A stretch of 64,000 nucleotides of DNA, taken from positions 6,112,001 through 6,176,000 of the forward strand of contig CP086569.2 in the NCBI GenBank assembly GCA_009914755.4, read 5' to 3'. Positions 1 through 13,338 of the stretch are shown in pieces. This stretch comes from the human T2T-CHM13v2.0 reference genome, Homo sapiens. Within the stretch, counting starts at the first letter, position 1, and each line of letters opens with the position of its first letter. A model generated the notes under the pieces. That model saw only the letters and a list, made by a program, of their open reading frames with translations. It made no database searches and was not told the DNA's origin. The position numbers and the translations under genes are program-made.

Positions 1-475
1 GGTGCAAAGTGGACCCCCCATGAAAGCAAAGAAAAATGAAGGTTTGCCTGAGAGAACAAGTAGACTTGTGTGGGAGTTCAAGCGATATTCAAAGATTTTT
101 GTCAGAGTACCCAAGAGCCTCCTGCAAAGCATAAACAACATCGGCTCCCCAACAAGGAGACCACAACACACAACGTGGAGCATAGCCAGTCTACACAAAG
201 TTCTTTTTGCTTCCTGAAATTTCCGGCAGCCAAAAGATCTATAGCGAGTGGCAGTCCGATCCAGCAAGAGCCAATGAAAGATCCACTCCACAGTGAAGAA
301 GGACATGCAGATGAAGTGAAACAAAGCCAAGTTTACCAGGCAAATGCAGAATGGCTGCCTGCTTCTCCTCCTACAGGAATCATGCAACCCTATGTTAAAA
401 GTGGGAGAACAAGAATTTCCATGTTGGCAGCTGTAATGGAAATTTAAGCTTTTAAAATATCACAGCTGACAACTC
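1..475. repeat. Unit U0 (3' ~475 bp of a unit; 5' part lies outside the window)
   Basis: Colinear with the last ~480 bp of later units (e.g. 28000-28436). Confidence 0.8.
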
Positions 476-2888
476 ATTAAAACATGACAGAGTTTAGAAA
501 GAAACACTCATGCAATGGATTTCCATGAGGGTCTTCCTCTGTGAACTGAGAAACTTTTGGTATGGAAGATGTGGATCCAGACCCAGAAAACCTTAGGCTG
601 AAGAGGAATATGGAAGGCAGAAAAAGAAGAGCAAGTGTATAGGCCACATACCACCCAGCATCAATCCATTACACTCTCCTTTGGCTCTGGGTATGAAAGC
701 CTGCACATCAGGAGTTTAAAAGGATGGCCCCAGTTTATACTTGAAATGTTCCCTGCATGTTGGAGTACTTCCAGCTGAACACCTGGCTATGGAGTTGGAA
801 GCACCTTCTGGGTCATCTGTCTTCTTTTTTTTTTTGCAGGAGATGTTGTGAGACCCCATGCACTGCTCACCAGATTATATCCTCAACACTACCTGAACTT
901 ATTGCTTCTCATTATGTTCGAGGATGAAATTTCAAGGCAATGCTGGAGTGGCCACTCACAACATGAAGCACATGCTTGGCTGTGAACCAAATATGAGGTA
1001 AATTCAAGCAGCTCTGAAGACAGGACTGCTAGTGTTTCTCCCCGGGTTCACCACAGGACAATGAAACACTGGGAGATGCCTTATTTTTGGTGTGGTGTGC
1101 TCCTCTTCTTTCTAGGAGAGTGGCTTTTTTTGCAGGGGGAGGTGACTTAGATGCCAGCATATTTCGACTTGCCTCCCAATTCACTGCAGATTCATGATCC
1201 ACAGAAAAATAAAGACCATGAAGCCCTGCAGCCCAAGCAAAGCCACAATGACCACACAACAGAATGTTGGGAGATTCGAAAAAGAAGTGCTGAAGTGCAT
1301 TAGCCACATTATTTTAAGCATACTCCACTTACAGGCACATACACACACACACACAATGCCACACACACACACAAACAACACTCACAACACTCCCACAGAT
1401 AAACACACACTGGCAGCTACTGAGGCTGCATGGTTCTGCAGGAATCCCCACCTTGGAGAGAGCAACCCAAAAACAATCGGGATATACTTAGAAATCACTG
1501 TGGGGCAAGTTTCAAGAAGACTTACCCCTACAATGTCTAGGCAGTCCTGAGGAATCCTGCAGATCTTTTGCATCCTTGGGGATTTTGTGGTTTATTCCTG
1601 CGGCTCTGCTTGACGTTACTTCAGGCTGGCTCACATCTGTACCCTCCTGGGAACATGGGATTATCTCATGGATCCCACAGAGAAGACAGGCAACAGTCCA
1701 AAGCCAACACACTTCCATGGAAATCTTCTTCTCCAACAAGACACAGGGACTTGTTGCTAGGCAATGGTGACATGTATTGTGATGCTAGCCAGAGCTCAGA
1801 ATCAGGCCTTGTGCCCTGAGACTAGCACATGCACATTTGTGAGGGAGGCTTAGGTACTGTGCTGTCAGAGCTGTCACCCTATCTAAGCACAGAAAAATGG
1901 TACAGGCAGAGCAAGCCTGGTATCAAAAAAAAAGGCTGCCTGCAAACCTCCACTTCAGGACCCTAAAACTGTCAAACTGATGGACTCTCCAGTCCATCTT
2001 GGTGATCGGGTCATGCCAGAGGCAGAAGCTTTATGTTACTGTGAGGTGGTCACAGGAAACTGCTCTTGTGACTCCATTCAGGAAAGACCTATGTGCAAGA
2101 ATCGGGTCCAGCGGGGATTGGCATATAATCTGGTGTGTTGTTGAGGGTTCTTTTGGTGATAAAATAATACCTCAGATCCCAGAGTTGGGTGTTAGTGAAA
2201 GATGTCCAGGTTCTTGACCTCACTTCCTCCCTTTATTCTGAGCCTCACAGGGCTCTCTGGGAAAAGCAGGAACCAAGACAAAGGCAATTCCAAGTTGGAG
2301 TGGTGTTCTTGTACCTCGGATTGGCCTCTCACTAGTGCATATGAGTATAGACAGTGTCTCAGAGGCTGTCTGTGGTGATGACAAGCCTTTAAATGGTGTC
2401 CAGTAGTGCTGTTGATGGGCACTGTGGATTCCCTGTGAAAGCAACAGAAAATCAAGGCTCACCAGAGATCAAGCGGTCTTGTGCTGGAGCCCAAGTAATG
2501 TTCAATGATTCCTGTCAGAGGACCCAAAACCATCCTCCAAAGTGCAAACATCCTCAACCCCCAAAAAGAGACAACAACCCAAAACCTGGAGTGCAGCCAG
2601 AATAGCCAATCTTTTTTATGGTCTCTCAAATCCCTGGCCACTTAATAATCTATGGTGAAAAGCAGTCCAATCTGGCAACATCCCAGTGAAAGAGCCCCTC
2701 CACAATAAGAAGGCCATGCAGATGACATGAAACAGAGGCTAGATTACCAGGAAAATGAAGACACTGCTGCCTGTTTCTCATCCTGCAGGAATCACGCAGG
2801 CCTCTGATAGAAGTGGAAGAATAAGAGTTTTCTTCTGGATGGCTTTAATGGGAATTTATGGTTTTAAAACTATCAAAGCGTCCCACTC
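476..2888. repeat. Unit U1 (2413 bp, near full length)
   Basis: Anchor at 476; exon-like module 840-997; landmark 'attcactgcagattcatgatccacag' ~1183; (CA)n ~1336-1375. Confidence 0.85.
840..997 (+). ncRNA. Exon-like module, copy in U1 (candidate reiterated non-coding exon)
   Basis: A T-rich tract with AG at 838-839 precedes the module. A 'gag|gtaaattcaag' donor follows at 998. The same arrangement recurs in 13 units. No frame is conserved across copies. Confidence 0.35.
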
Positions 2889-4815
2889 ATTAAAACATGA
2901 CAATGTTTAGAATAAAACACTCACAAATGGATTTCCATGAGGATAATTCTCTATGAACTGGGAAACTTTCTGTATGTGTGCTCCCTTTCTGTCTAGAAGA
3001 GGGGGTTAGAGTGGTTTTTTTGTTTGTTTGTTTTTTTGTTTTGTTTTTGCAGGTGGAGGTTATTTGGATGCTGAAACATTTTGGCATGCTTCCCAATCCA
3101 CTGCAGACTCATGAATGATTCACAGAAAAATAAAGAACACTGAGCAATACAGCCCAAGCCAAGCCACACAGACAGGCCACCAAAAGGTTGGGATACAAAA
3201 AAATGAAAGAAAGAAATGCTGTAGTGCCTTAGCCACATTCTTATAAGCAGACTCCACTTACAGTAACACATGCACAAACACACACAAACCCAATGCCACA
3301 CAGACACACAGACATCAAACACACAGATATCCAACACTCACAACACTCCCACAGAAACACACAATCCAGGATCCCCTGAGGCTCTGTGGTTCTACAAGCA
3401 AACGCAGGCAGTCTGTAGTTAGAAATCACAGTGGTGCAAGTTTCAAGAAGACTCATCCCTACAATGTCTAGGCAGGCCAGAGGAATCCTGCTGATCTTTT
3501 TGGATCCTTAGGGATTTCATGGTTTATTCCTGGAGCTGTGCTTCAGGTTTCTTCAGGCTGCCTCATGTCTGCCCTCTCCTAGGATCATGGGACTATCCTG
3601 TGGATCTCACAGAGAAGACAGGCGATAGTTCACTGCTGACGCACCTCTACAGAAGTCTCATTCACCAAGCTGAAGAGACTTGTTGCTAGGTAATGGTGAC
3701 ATTTATGCTGATGCAAGCCAGAGTTCACAATGAGGCCTGGTGCCCTGAGGATAGTGCATGCACATTCGTGAGGCAAGCTGGGGAGCATGGCTGTCAGAGC
3801 TATCAGCCTGCCTAAGTAGACAATAATGGTACAGACAGAGTTGTCCTGGTATCAGGAAAAAGGCTGTCTGCAAAAACCCACTGAAGCACACTAAAACTCC
3901 CGACCTCAGGGACCCTTCAGGCCATCGTGGTGGTTAGGTTCTGCTGGAGGAGGAGGCATTTTGTGACTGTGAGGTGGTCGCTAGAAACTACTCTTCAGAT
4001 TCCATTCCCAAAAAAGGCTGTGTGCAAGTATTGGGTACCATGGGGATTAAAATATAGTCTGATGTGTTCTTGAGGGTGTTTTGTGTGATAGGATCATACC
4101 TGAGACCCCAGAAGTGGGTGTCATGAAAAGATGGTCGGACTCTTAACCTCACTGCCTCCCTTCATCTATGACCTTGCAGGGGCTCTCAAGGAAAGACAGA
4201 AACTACAACAAAGGCAAGTCAAAGTTGGATCACTGTTCTCACACCTCATACTGCCCTCTCTTGGGTGAAGACGAGGTTAAAACAGTGTCTCAGAGGCCAT
4301 TTGTTGGGATAGCAAGCCTGAAATGGGTGTCCAGTAGTGCTGTTAAGGGATAATGTAGATTCCTCATGAAAACAAAGAAAAATCAAGTCTCACCTAAGAG
4401 AACGAGCTGCCTTGTGCTGGAGTCCAAGTAGTGTTCAGTGATTCCTGTCAGAGAACACAAAAGCCTCTTGCCACGTGCAAATATTCTCAGCCCCCACAAC
4501 AAGACAATGATAGGGAGTGTAGTCAGAGTACCCAATGTCCCTTTTGCTCTCTGAAATCCCTGGCAGCTAAATAATCCCTAGCCAGAAGCAGTCTCATCTA
4601 GCAACAACCCAATGAAAGAGACCCTCCACAAGAAGAATGCCATGCAGATGAAATGAAACAGAGGCTAGATTACAAGGAAAAAGACAAACACGGCTGCCTG
4701 CTTTTCATCCTGCAGGAATTATGCAGCACCTCGATAGAAATGGGAGAACAAGAGTTTTCTTATTGGTGGCTGTAATGGGAATTTACAGTTTTAACAATCT
4801 CAGAGCTTCATAGTC
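2889..4815. repeat. Unit U2 (1927 bp; ~500-bp deletion removes the exon-like module)
   Basis: Anchor 2889; sequence jumps from 'ctatgaactgggaaac' straight to 'tgtgctccctttctgtctagaagag'; CA-rich tract ~3260-3340. Confidence 0.8.
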
Positions 4816-6128
4816 ATTAAAACGTGACAGTGGTTAGAAGAAAACACTCAAGCAATGGATTCTCGTGAGGGTCGTTCTCCATGAACAGGAAAATATTTGT
4901 TGTGGAAGTTGTTGAGCCAGACCCAGAACACAGGCAAGAGTTCAATGCTAACGCACCTCCACGAAAGTCTCCGTCTCTGCCAAGCCTCAGGGACTTCTCA
5001 GTATGCAACAGTCACAGTCATTGTGATGCTAGCAAGGTCTCACAATCAGTCCTGGTGCCCTGAGTCTAGCGCATGCACATTTGTGAAACAGGCTCCGGTG
5101 CCCATTTGTCAGAGCTATCAGTCTGCCTAAGCAGAGAAAAATAGTACAGGCAGAGCGAGCTTGGTATCAGAAAAAGTCGTGACTGCAAAAACCCACTGCA
5201 GGACCCTAAAAGTCTTGATATCAGGGCCCCTTCGGGATGTCTCCATGGTCAGTTTTTGTTAGAGAAGAAGGCATTTTGAGACTGTGAAGTGGTCACTGGA
5301 AACAGCTTTTCTGACTGCATTCCCAAAAGAGAATATGTGTACAAGAATCAGGTCACATGGGGATTGCAATATAGTCTGGTGTGTGGTTGAGGATTATTTG
5401 AGTGATAGAATCTTACCTGAGACCAACCCCAGAGGTGTGTATCAGCAAAAGATGGCCGAGTTCTTGACCTCACTGCCTCCCTTCATCTTGGGACTAACAG
5501 GGGATCTCTGGGAAAGGCAGTTACCATGACAAGGCAAGTACAAGGAGGAGCAGTGTCCTCACGCATTGGACTGGCCTCCAATGGGTGCAGATGAGGCTAA
5601 GACAATGTCTCCGAGGCCATCTGTGGTTATGGCAAGCCTGAAAAAGGTGAATATTAGTGCTGTCAATATTCACTGTGAAATACCCATGAAAGCAAAGAAA
5701 AATCAAGACATTTCTTAACAGAATGAGCTGCCTTGTGCTGGAGTCCAGGCAATGTTCAGTGATTCCTGTCAGATAACTGAAAACTCTCCTGCAAAGTGCA
5801 ATCTTAGCCCCTCAATAAGGCAACCACCCACAACCTGGATGGCAGGAGCCTGCCCAAAGTCCCTTTTGCCCTCTGAAATCCGTGGCAGCTAAATAATCTG
5901 TGGCAAGAGGAAGTCACATCGAGAAACAGCCCAGTGAATGAGCTCCTCCACAATGAAAAGGCTGTGCAGATGAAATGAAACAGAAGCTAGATTACCAGGC
6001 AAAGGCCAGACATGGATTCTCATCCTATAGGTATTATGCAGCCATTCGATAGAAGTGGGAGAAAAAGAGTTTCTTTGTTGGCAGTGGTAATGGGAATTTT
6101 CAGTTTTAAAATATCAAGCTTCCCAGTT
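4816..6128. repeat. Unit U3 (1313 bp; ~1.1-kb internal deletion, no exon module or CA tract)
   Basis: Anchor 4816; junction from 'gccagacccagaacacagg' into 'caagagttcaatgctaacgcacctccac'. Confidence 0.75.
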
Positions 6129-8584
6129 ATTAAAACATGACACTGTTTAGAAGGAAACACTCAGGCAATGGAGTCCCATGAAGATCATTCTCTGTGAACT
6201 GGGAAAGCTTAAGTGTGGAAGTTGTTGAACCAGTCACAGGAAACTCTAGGTGGATGAGGAACATAGAAGTCAGAAAAAGAAGAAACTGTGGAGGCCACAT
6301 CCCACCCAGAATCAATTCATTCCATTGCATTGGTCTCCGAATATGAAAGCCCTCAAATCGGGAGTTTGCCAGGATGGCCCCAATTTGCACCCCAAATGTC
6401 CGTTGCCCGTTGTAGTATTCCCACCTGAACACCATGCCATTGTGTATACTGCTTGTGCAATTAAGGGAATGAGGGGATGAAGTTGGAAACACGTGCTTTA
6501 AACACTGTCTTTATTTTTATTGCAGGTGTAGTTACAGGGCCCCAACCACCTTTCACCAGATTGTATACTCACCTGTATCTGACCTTATTGCTACTCACAC
6601 TCTAGGTCCCAGGATAAAATCCCAACATGATGGAGGAGTGCCCCCTCATTATGTGAAGCACCTGCTGGGCTTGGAACCAAATTCAGTGTAAGTTCAAGTG
6701 GCCCTGTGGAGAGGACTGCTAGTGTCTCCCCCTGTATTTGCTGCAGGAAAATAAAACAGTGAAAAATGTCTGGTTTTTTTGTTGTGGTGTGCTCATCTTC
6801 TTTCTAGAAATGTAGATTTTTCTGCAGGGGGAGGTGATTTGGATGCCAGCGGGATTTGGCCCACCTCCCAATTCATGTGAGATTCATAATTCACAGAAAA
6901 ACAAAGCACACAAAGCTTTGCAGGCTAAGCAGAGACACAGACAGGCCACCAAAATGATGGGAGGCTCAAAAAAAAAAACACTGAAGTTTTTTAGCCACAT
7001 TGCTTTAAGCAGACTACATTTACAGGCTCTCACACACACACTTACAAACACACACAGAAATACACAATGCCACACACACACAGAGACATCCAACATTTGC
7101 AACACTGCCACAGAAACACACAGGCCAGCAGCTCCTGAGGCTGCGTGGTTCTGCAGGTATCTCCACCTGGGCCAGAGCAACCTTGAGGAACACAGGCAGG
7201 CTGTACCTAGAAATCACAATGGGGCAAGTCTCAAAAAGACTCACCTCTACAATATCTAGGCATATCTGAGAAATGTTGCAGATGTTTTTGGATCATTAGA
7301 GATATTGTGGTTTAGTCCTGGGACCCTTCTTGACGTTACTACAGGCTGGCTTATGTATGCCCTCTCCTACTCTCATGGGACAATCCTGTGGATAACACAG
7401 AGAAGACAGGTGAGAGTTCATGACTGATGCACCTCCACAGAAGTCTCCTTCTTTGCCAAGATGCAGGAATTTTCACTAGGCAATGGTGAAATTCATTGTG
7501 GTGCTAGTTAGAGCTCACAATCAGGCTTGGTGTCCCAAGAGTAGTGCATGCTCTACAGCATGTGCTCTACAGCATGACAGCTCTAACAGCAAGCCCTGCT
7601 GTTAGAGCTGTCAGCCTGCCTAAGCAGAGGAAAATGATACATGCAGAGCCGAAAGGTATCCAGGAAAATGCTGCCTGTGATAACCCACTCTGGGACCCTA
7701 AAAGTCTCATCCTTAGGGCACCTAGGGCCATCTTTAATGGTCCCACAGGAGGAGGATGCATTTCTGGAGTGAGTTGGTCATGAAAAACTGCTCTTCTGAC
7801 TCCATTCCCAAAATGGGCTGTGTGCAAGAATTGGGTCCCATGGGGATTGGAATGTAGTCTGGTGGGTTGTTTAGGGGTCTTTGAATGATAGAATCATACC
7901 TGAGACCCCAGAGATGAGTGTCAATGAAAGACGACCAGGCCCTTAACCGCAGTGCCTCACTTCATCCTGGACCTCACAGGATCTCTCTCGGGTAAGCAGG
8001 AACCACACCTAGAACTGGCCTCTCACAGGTACAGATGAGGTTGAGACAGTGTCTCAGAGGCTGTCTGTGGCGATTGCAAACCTGAAAAGGGTGTCCGGTA
8101 GTGAGTGTCACTGTTGACCCCCCATGAAAGCAAGGAAAATCAAAGATCACATGAGAGAACCAGCTGCCTTTTGCTGGAGTTCAAGCAAAGTTCAAAGATT
8201 CCTGTCAGAGAACCCTAAAGCCTCCTGCAAAGTGCAAACATCCTCATCCCACATAATGAGAACAAGACCCAGAACCTGGGATGTGGCTAGCCTACCTGAA
8301 GTCCCTTGTGCTCCATGATATCCCTGTCAGCCAATAAATTTGTGATGAGAGGCAGCCCTATCCACCAACAGCACATTAAAGACCCCCTACACAATGAGAA
8401 AGGATGTGCACATAAAATGAAACACAGACCATATTACCAGGTGGAATCCAGACACAGCTGCCTGCTTCTCATCCTACAGGAATCATGCAGCCCTTCAATA
8501 AAACTTGGAGAACAGGAGTTTCCTTGTTGGCAGCAGTAACAGGAAGTTACTGTTTTAGAATTACCGCATCGCAGCTGCCCTGTC
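6129..8584. repeat. Unit U4 (2456 bp)
   Basis: Anchor 6129; exon-like module 6526-6687 (donor shifted to GTAAGT); landmark ~6875; CA-rich 7030-7090. Confidence 0.85.
6526..6687 (+). ncRNA. Exon-like module, U4
   Basis: 'ttatttttattgcag|gtgtag' acceptor and 'cagt|gtaagt' donor; an in-frame TAG shows it cannot be coding in the frame open in other copies. Confidence 0.3.
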
Positions 8585-10990
8585 ATTGAAACATGACAGG
8601 GCAGTAAGTGTTTAGAAGGAAACACTTACTCAATGGATTCCCCCCAAGGGTCACCTTCCATGAACTGGGAAACATTTAGTGTAGAAGACATTGAGCCATA
8701 CCCAATCATCCTTAGGATTATGAGGCACATGTAAGTCAGGATAGGAGTTGGCCAGGGTGGCCCCAGTTTGCACTTCAAATATTCCCTGCACGTTGGAGTA
8801 CTCCCAACTAAACACCAGGCCAAGTTGTGGACTGCTTCTGCAATTAAGGAAATGTGGGAATGCTGTTTGAAGCACCTTTTGTGTCACCTGTCTTTACATT
8901 TTTGCAGGTGAAGGTGCAGGTCCCCATCCACCCCTCATCAGGTTGTATCCTCACCCCTATCTGACCTTATTGCCATTCACACTCTATGACCCAGGATGAA
9001 ATCCCAAGATGATGGAGGAGTGAACCCTGACGACAGGAAGTACCTGCTCACCTATGAACAAAATTTGAGGTAAATTCATGGGGCCCTGTGGACAGGACTG
9101 CTAGTGTTTCTCCCTGGGATAGCCACAGGACACTGACACACTGAAGGATTTCTGTTCTTGGGTATGGTGTGCTGCAGCTCTTCTTTCTAGAGAGTGGCTT
9201 TTTTTGTTTGTTTGTTTGGAAGTCATTTGTTATGTGGACCTCAGCGTGTCACAGCCAGCCTCGCAATTCACTGTGGATTCAGAAAAATAAAGAACAGGGA
9301 GGTCTACAGCCCCAGAAGAGCCATACAGACAGGGCATGAAAATGTTGGAAGTCTCAAATAAAAGAAGCTCTGCAGTGTGTGACCCACCTCCCTTTAAACA
9401 AACTCCGCTTACTGGCCCGCGTGCACACACACACACACTAAAACACACAAAGCCAAAAAGCCACACCACACCTAGACATCCAACACTTGCAACATGCCCT
9501 CAGAAACAGAGCCTGGCAGCATCTGAGGCTGTGTGTTTGTGCAGAAGGCCCCACCTGGGAGAGAGCAACCCCGGCAAACACAGAGCGCTCTACCTAGAAA
9601 TCACAGTTGGGAAAGTTTCAGAAAGACTCAACCCTACAACTCCCAGGCAGGCCTGAGACATCCTGCAGATACTTTTGTAGCCTTAGGGACTTTGCAGTTT
9701 ATTCCTTGGGCTCTGCTTGACATTTCTGCATGCTGGCTCATGTCTGCCCTCTCCTAGGAATATGGATGTATCCTGTGGATCCCTCAGAGAAGACAGGCAA
9801 GAGTCCACCACCAAGGCACCTCTATGGAGGTCTCCTTCTTGGCCACGCAGCCAGGACTGATCTCTATGTAATGGTGACATTCATTGTGATGCTAGCCAGA
9901 GCTCATAGTCAGGCCTGGTGCCCTGAGGCGTGCATGTGCATTTGAGGGCATGCTTGCTGGCCTGGCTTTCACAGATGTTAGCCTGTGGAAGCAGAAGAAA
10001 ATGGTACACATAGAGCTGGCTCGGTATCCAGAAATAGGCTGCCTGCAATAATGCACTGCGGGACCCTACAATGCTCGAAGTTAGGGCGACTTCAAGCCGT
10101 CTCCCTGGTCAGCTCCTGCAGGAGTAGGAGGCATTCAGAGACTGAGGTGGTCGCTGAAATCTGTTCTTCTGATTCCCTTTTGGAAAGAGGCTGTGTGCAA
10201 GAATCCAGTCCCATGGGGATTGGAATGTAGTCTGGTGAGTTGAGGAGGGGTCTTTGGGTGATGGAATTATACCTGAGAAACTAGAATTGGGTGCCTATGA
10301 ATGATGGTTGGGCCCTTAACCTCACTGTCTCCCATCATTCTGGACCTCGCAGGGTCTCTCTATGAAGCACAGGAACCACAACAAAGGCAGGTCCAATAGG
10401 GAGCAGTGTTCTCAAACCTCGAACTGGCCTCTCACCAGTGCAGATGAGGTTGAGATAGTGTCTCTGAGGCCATCTGTGGCCATGGCAAGACAGAAAAGGA
10501 TGTCCAGTAGTGCTGTTGAGGGGCACTGTGGACTTCCCAGGAAAGCAAAGAAAAATCAAGGCTCGTGTGTGAGAAAAAGATGGCTTGTGCTAGAGTCTAA
10601 GCAACATTCAAAAATTCCTGTCAGAGAACTCAAAAAACTCCTGCAAAGTGCAAGCAACACATAACAAGACACTGATCCACAACCTGGAGTGCCACCAAAC
10701 CTACCCAGAGTCTGTTTTGCTCCCTGAAATCCTTGGCAGCCCATAGATCTATTGTAAGAGGCAGCCCCATCCAGCAACAGCCCAATGAAAGACCACCTCC
10801 ACAATGAGAAAGGATGTGCAGATGCAATGAAACAGAGCATAGATTACCAGGCAAAAGCCAAACACAGCTGCCTGCTTCTCATCCTACAGGACTCATGCAG
10901 CACTCCGATAAAAGTTGAAGAGCAAGAGTTTCCTTGTTGTTGGCTGTAACAGGAATTTATGGTTTCAAAATTATCACAGGGGCCAAGTCA
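8585..10990. repeat. Unit U5 (2406 bp)
   Basis: Anchor 8585 (with a small insertion); exon-like module 8908-9069; (CA)n ~9420-9440. Confidence 0.85.
8908..9069 (+). ncRNA. Exon-like module, U5
   Basis: 'tttacatttttgcag|gtgaaggtgcagg' acceptor and 'atttgag|gtaaattcatgg' donor. Confidence 0.35.
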
Positions 10991-13338
10991 CTAAAACGTG
11001 ACAGTGTTTAGAAGGAAACACTGGGAAAACTTTATCGTGGAATACATGAACCAGATCCAGGAAACCCTAGGCTGACAAGAAATACGGAAGACAGGAAAAG
11101 AAGAGGCAAGTGTGGAGGCCACATCCCACCTTGTGTCTATCATTCTCACTTTCAATGGGAGCCGAGTATGAAAGCCCTCAAATTTGCAGTTTGCCAGGAT
11201 GGCCCCAGTTTGCACTTCAAATGTTCTCTGCATGTTGGAGTACTCCCACCTGAACACCAGGCCATAGTGTGAACTACTTGTGTAATTAAAGAAATGTGAG
11301 GATGCAGTTGGAATCACTTTCTGTGTCATCTGTCTTCACATTTTTTGCAATTGGAAGTGTGGGACCCCATCCACTTCTCACCAGATTGCATCCTTACCCC
11401 TTCTGACCTTATTGCTATTCATGTTCTCTTTCCCTAAATGAAATCCCAAGATGATCTAGGAGTTCCTTCTCAGGACGTGGAGCATCTGCTCAGCTAGGAA
11501 GCAAATTCAAGGTAAATTCAAGGGGCTGTGAGGACAGGAATGCTAGTGTTTCCTCCGGGGATGGCCATAGAACAAGGTAATACAGAGGGATGTCCTTTCT
11601 TGGATGTGGTGTGCTCCTCTTCTTTCTAGAAGAGTAGCTTTATTTGCAGGCAGAGGTGATGTGGACTTCGGTGTGTCACAGCCAGCCTCCCACTACACTT
11701 TGGATTCATGATCCAGAGCAAAATAAAAAACGTGGAGCCCTGCAGCCCAAGCAGAGCCACACAGACAGGTGAACTAAAGGTTGGGAGACAAAAAAAAAAA
11801 AGTTGCTGCAGTGCGTTAGCCACATTCCTTTAAGCAGACACAGTGCCAAAAAAGCCACACCCATAGGCAGACATCAAAGACTCAATACTTTCACAGAAAC
11901 ACACAGCTCGGCAGATTCTGAGGCTGCATGGTTCTGCAGAAAGCCTTACCTGGGAGATAACAACTCTGGGCAACACAGGCGGGTTGCACCTAAAAATCAC
12001 AGTGGGTAAAGTTTCATAAAGACTCACCTCTGCACACCTAGGCAGGCCTGAGGCACCCTTCAGATCCTTTTGGAACCTTACGGATTTCGCGGTTTATTCC
12101 TGGGGTTTGCTTGACGTATCTTCCAGCTGGCTCTTGTCTGCTCTCCCCTAGGATCGTGGGACTATCCTGTGGATCCCACAGAGAAGAGAGAGGACAGTCC
12201 ACCACTGATGCACCTCCACAGAGGTCTCCTTCTCCGCCAAACCTCACGGAATTGTGACATTCATGGTGAGGCTAGCCAGAGCTCACAGCTTAGGCCCGGT
12301 GCCCTGAGACTAACGCATGTGCATTTGTGGGTGGCTCAGCACCTGTGTGTCAGAGGAAAATGGTACAGGCAGGGCCGGCCTGGTACTGGGGAAAAAGCTG
12401 CTCCATGTGATAACCCACTGTGGAACCCTAAAAGTCTCAAACTTAGGGCCCCTTTCCGCCGTACCTGTGATCCGGTTCCACTAGAGGAGGAGGTGTTTAG
12501 ACTGAGGGGGTTGTTGAGAACTTCCTGAAAGAGGCTGTGTGCAAGATCAGGTCTCATGGGGATTGGAAGGTTGTCTGGTGAGTTGTGGAAGGTTCTTTCA
12601 GTGATAGCATCATACGTGTGACCCTACAGGTGGGTGCCAGTGAAATATGACCAGGTTCTTAACCTCACTGCCCCCACCCATCCTGAGCCTCGCAGGGGCT
12701 CTTGTTGAAAGGCAGGAACCATGACAAAGGCAAGTCCAAGGTGGAACAGTATTCTCACAGCTCTAAGTGGCCTCTCACGGTTGCAGATGAGGTTGAGACA
12801 GTGTCTCAGAGGACATCTGTGATGATTGCAATCCTGAAAAGTTTGTCAGGTAGTGCTGTTAAAGGGCACTGTGGACCCCCCATATAAGCAAAGGAAAATC
12901 AAGGCTCACAGGAGAGAACGAGCTGTCGTGTGCTGTAGTCAAAGCAACATTTAGAGATTTCTGTCAGAAGACCCAAAAGCCTCTTGCAAATTGCAAATAA
13001 TCTCAGCCCCCACAAGGAAACCATGACCCCAAACCTAAAGCACAGCCAGTCTACCCAAAGTCCCTTTTGCTCTCTGAAATCCCTGGCAGCCAATAAGTCT
13101 GTGGCAAGAGGTAGCACCATCCAGTAACAGCCCAATGAAAGAGCCCTCCACAATGAAAAAAGACCAGCAGATGAAATGAAACAGAGCCTAGCTTCCCAGG
13201 CAAAAGCCAGGTACAGCTGCCTGCTTCTCCTCCTACAGGTATCAAGCAGCTGTCTGATAAAAGCTGGATAAGAAGAGTTTCCTTCTTGGCTACTGTTACA
13301 GAAATTTATGGTTTTAAAACAATCAAAGTTGCCCAGTC
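10991..13338. repeat. Unit U6 (2348 bp)
   Basis: Anchor 10991; exon-like module ~11351-11511 with the acceptor mutated AG>AA; landmark ~11700; CA tract lost. Confidence 0.8.
11351..11511 (+). ncRNA. Exon-like module, U6 (acceptor AG>AA, probably inactive)
   Basis: 'ttttttgcaa|ttggaag'; donor 'ttcaag|gtaaattc'. Confidence 0.2.

Noticed and set aside
70-7259. Long ORFs inside array units (70-447, 1194-1550, 6834-7259 and similar 24618-25040)
   Set aside because: Their frames are broken in paralogous units. Several are translations of the (CA)n tract ('HTHTHT'). No start or splice context supports them.
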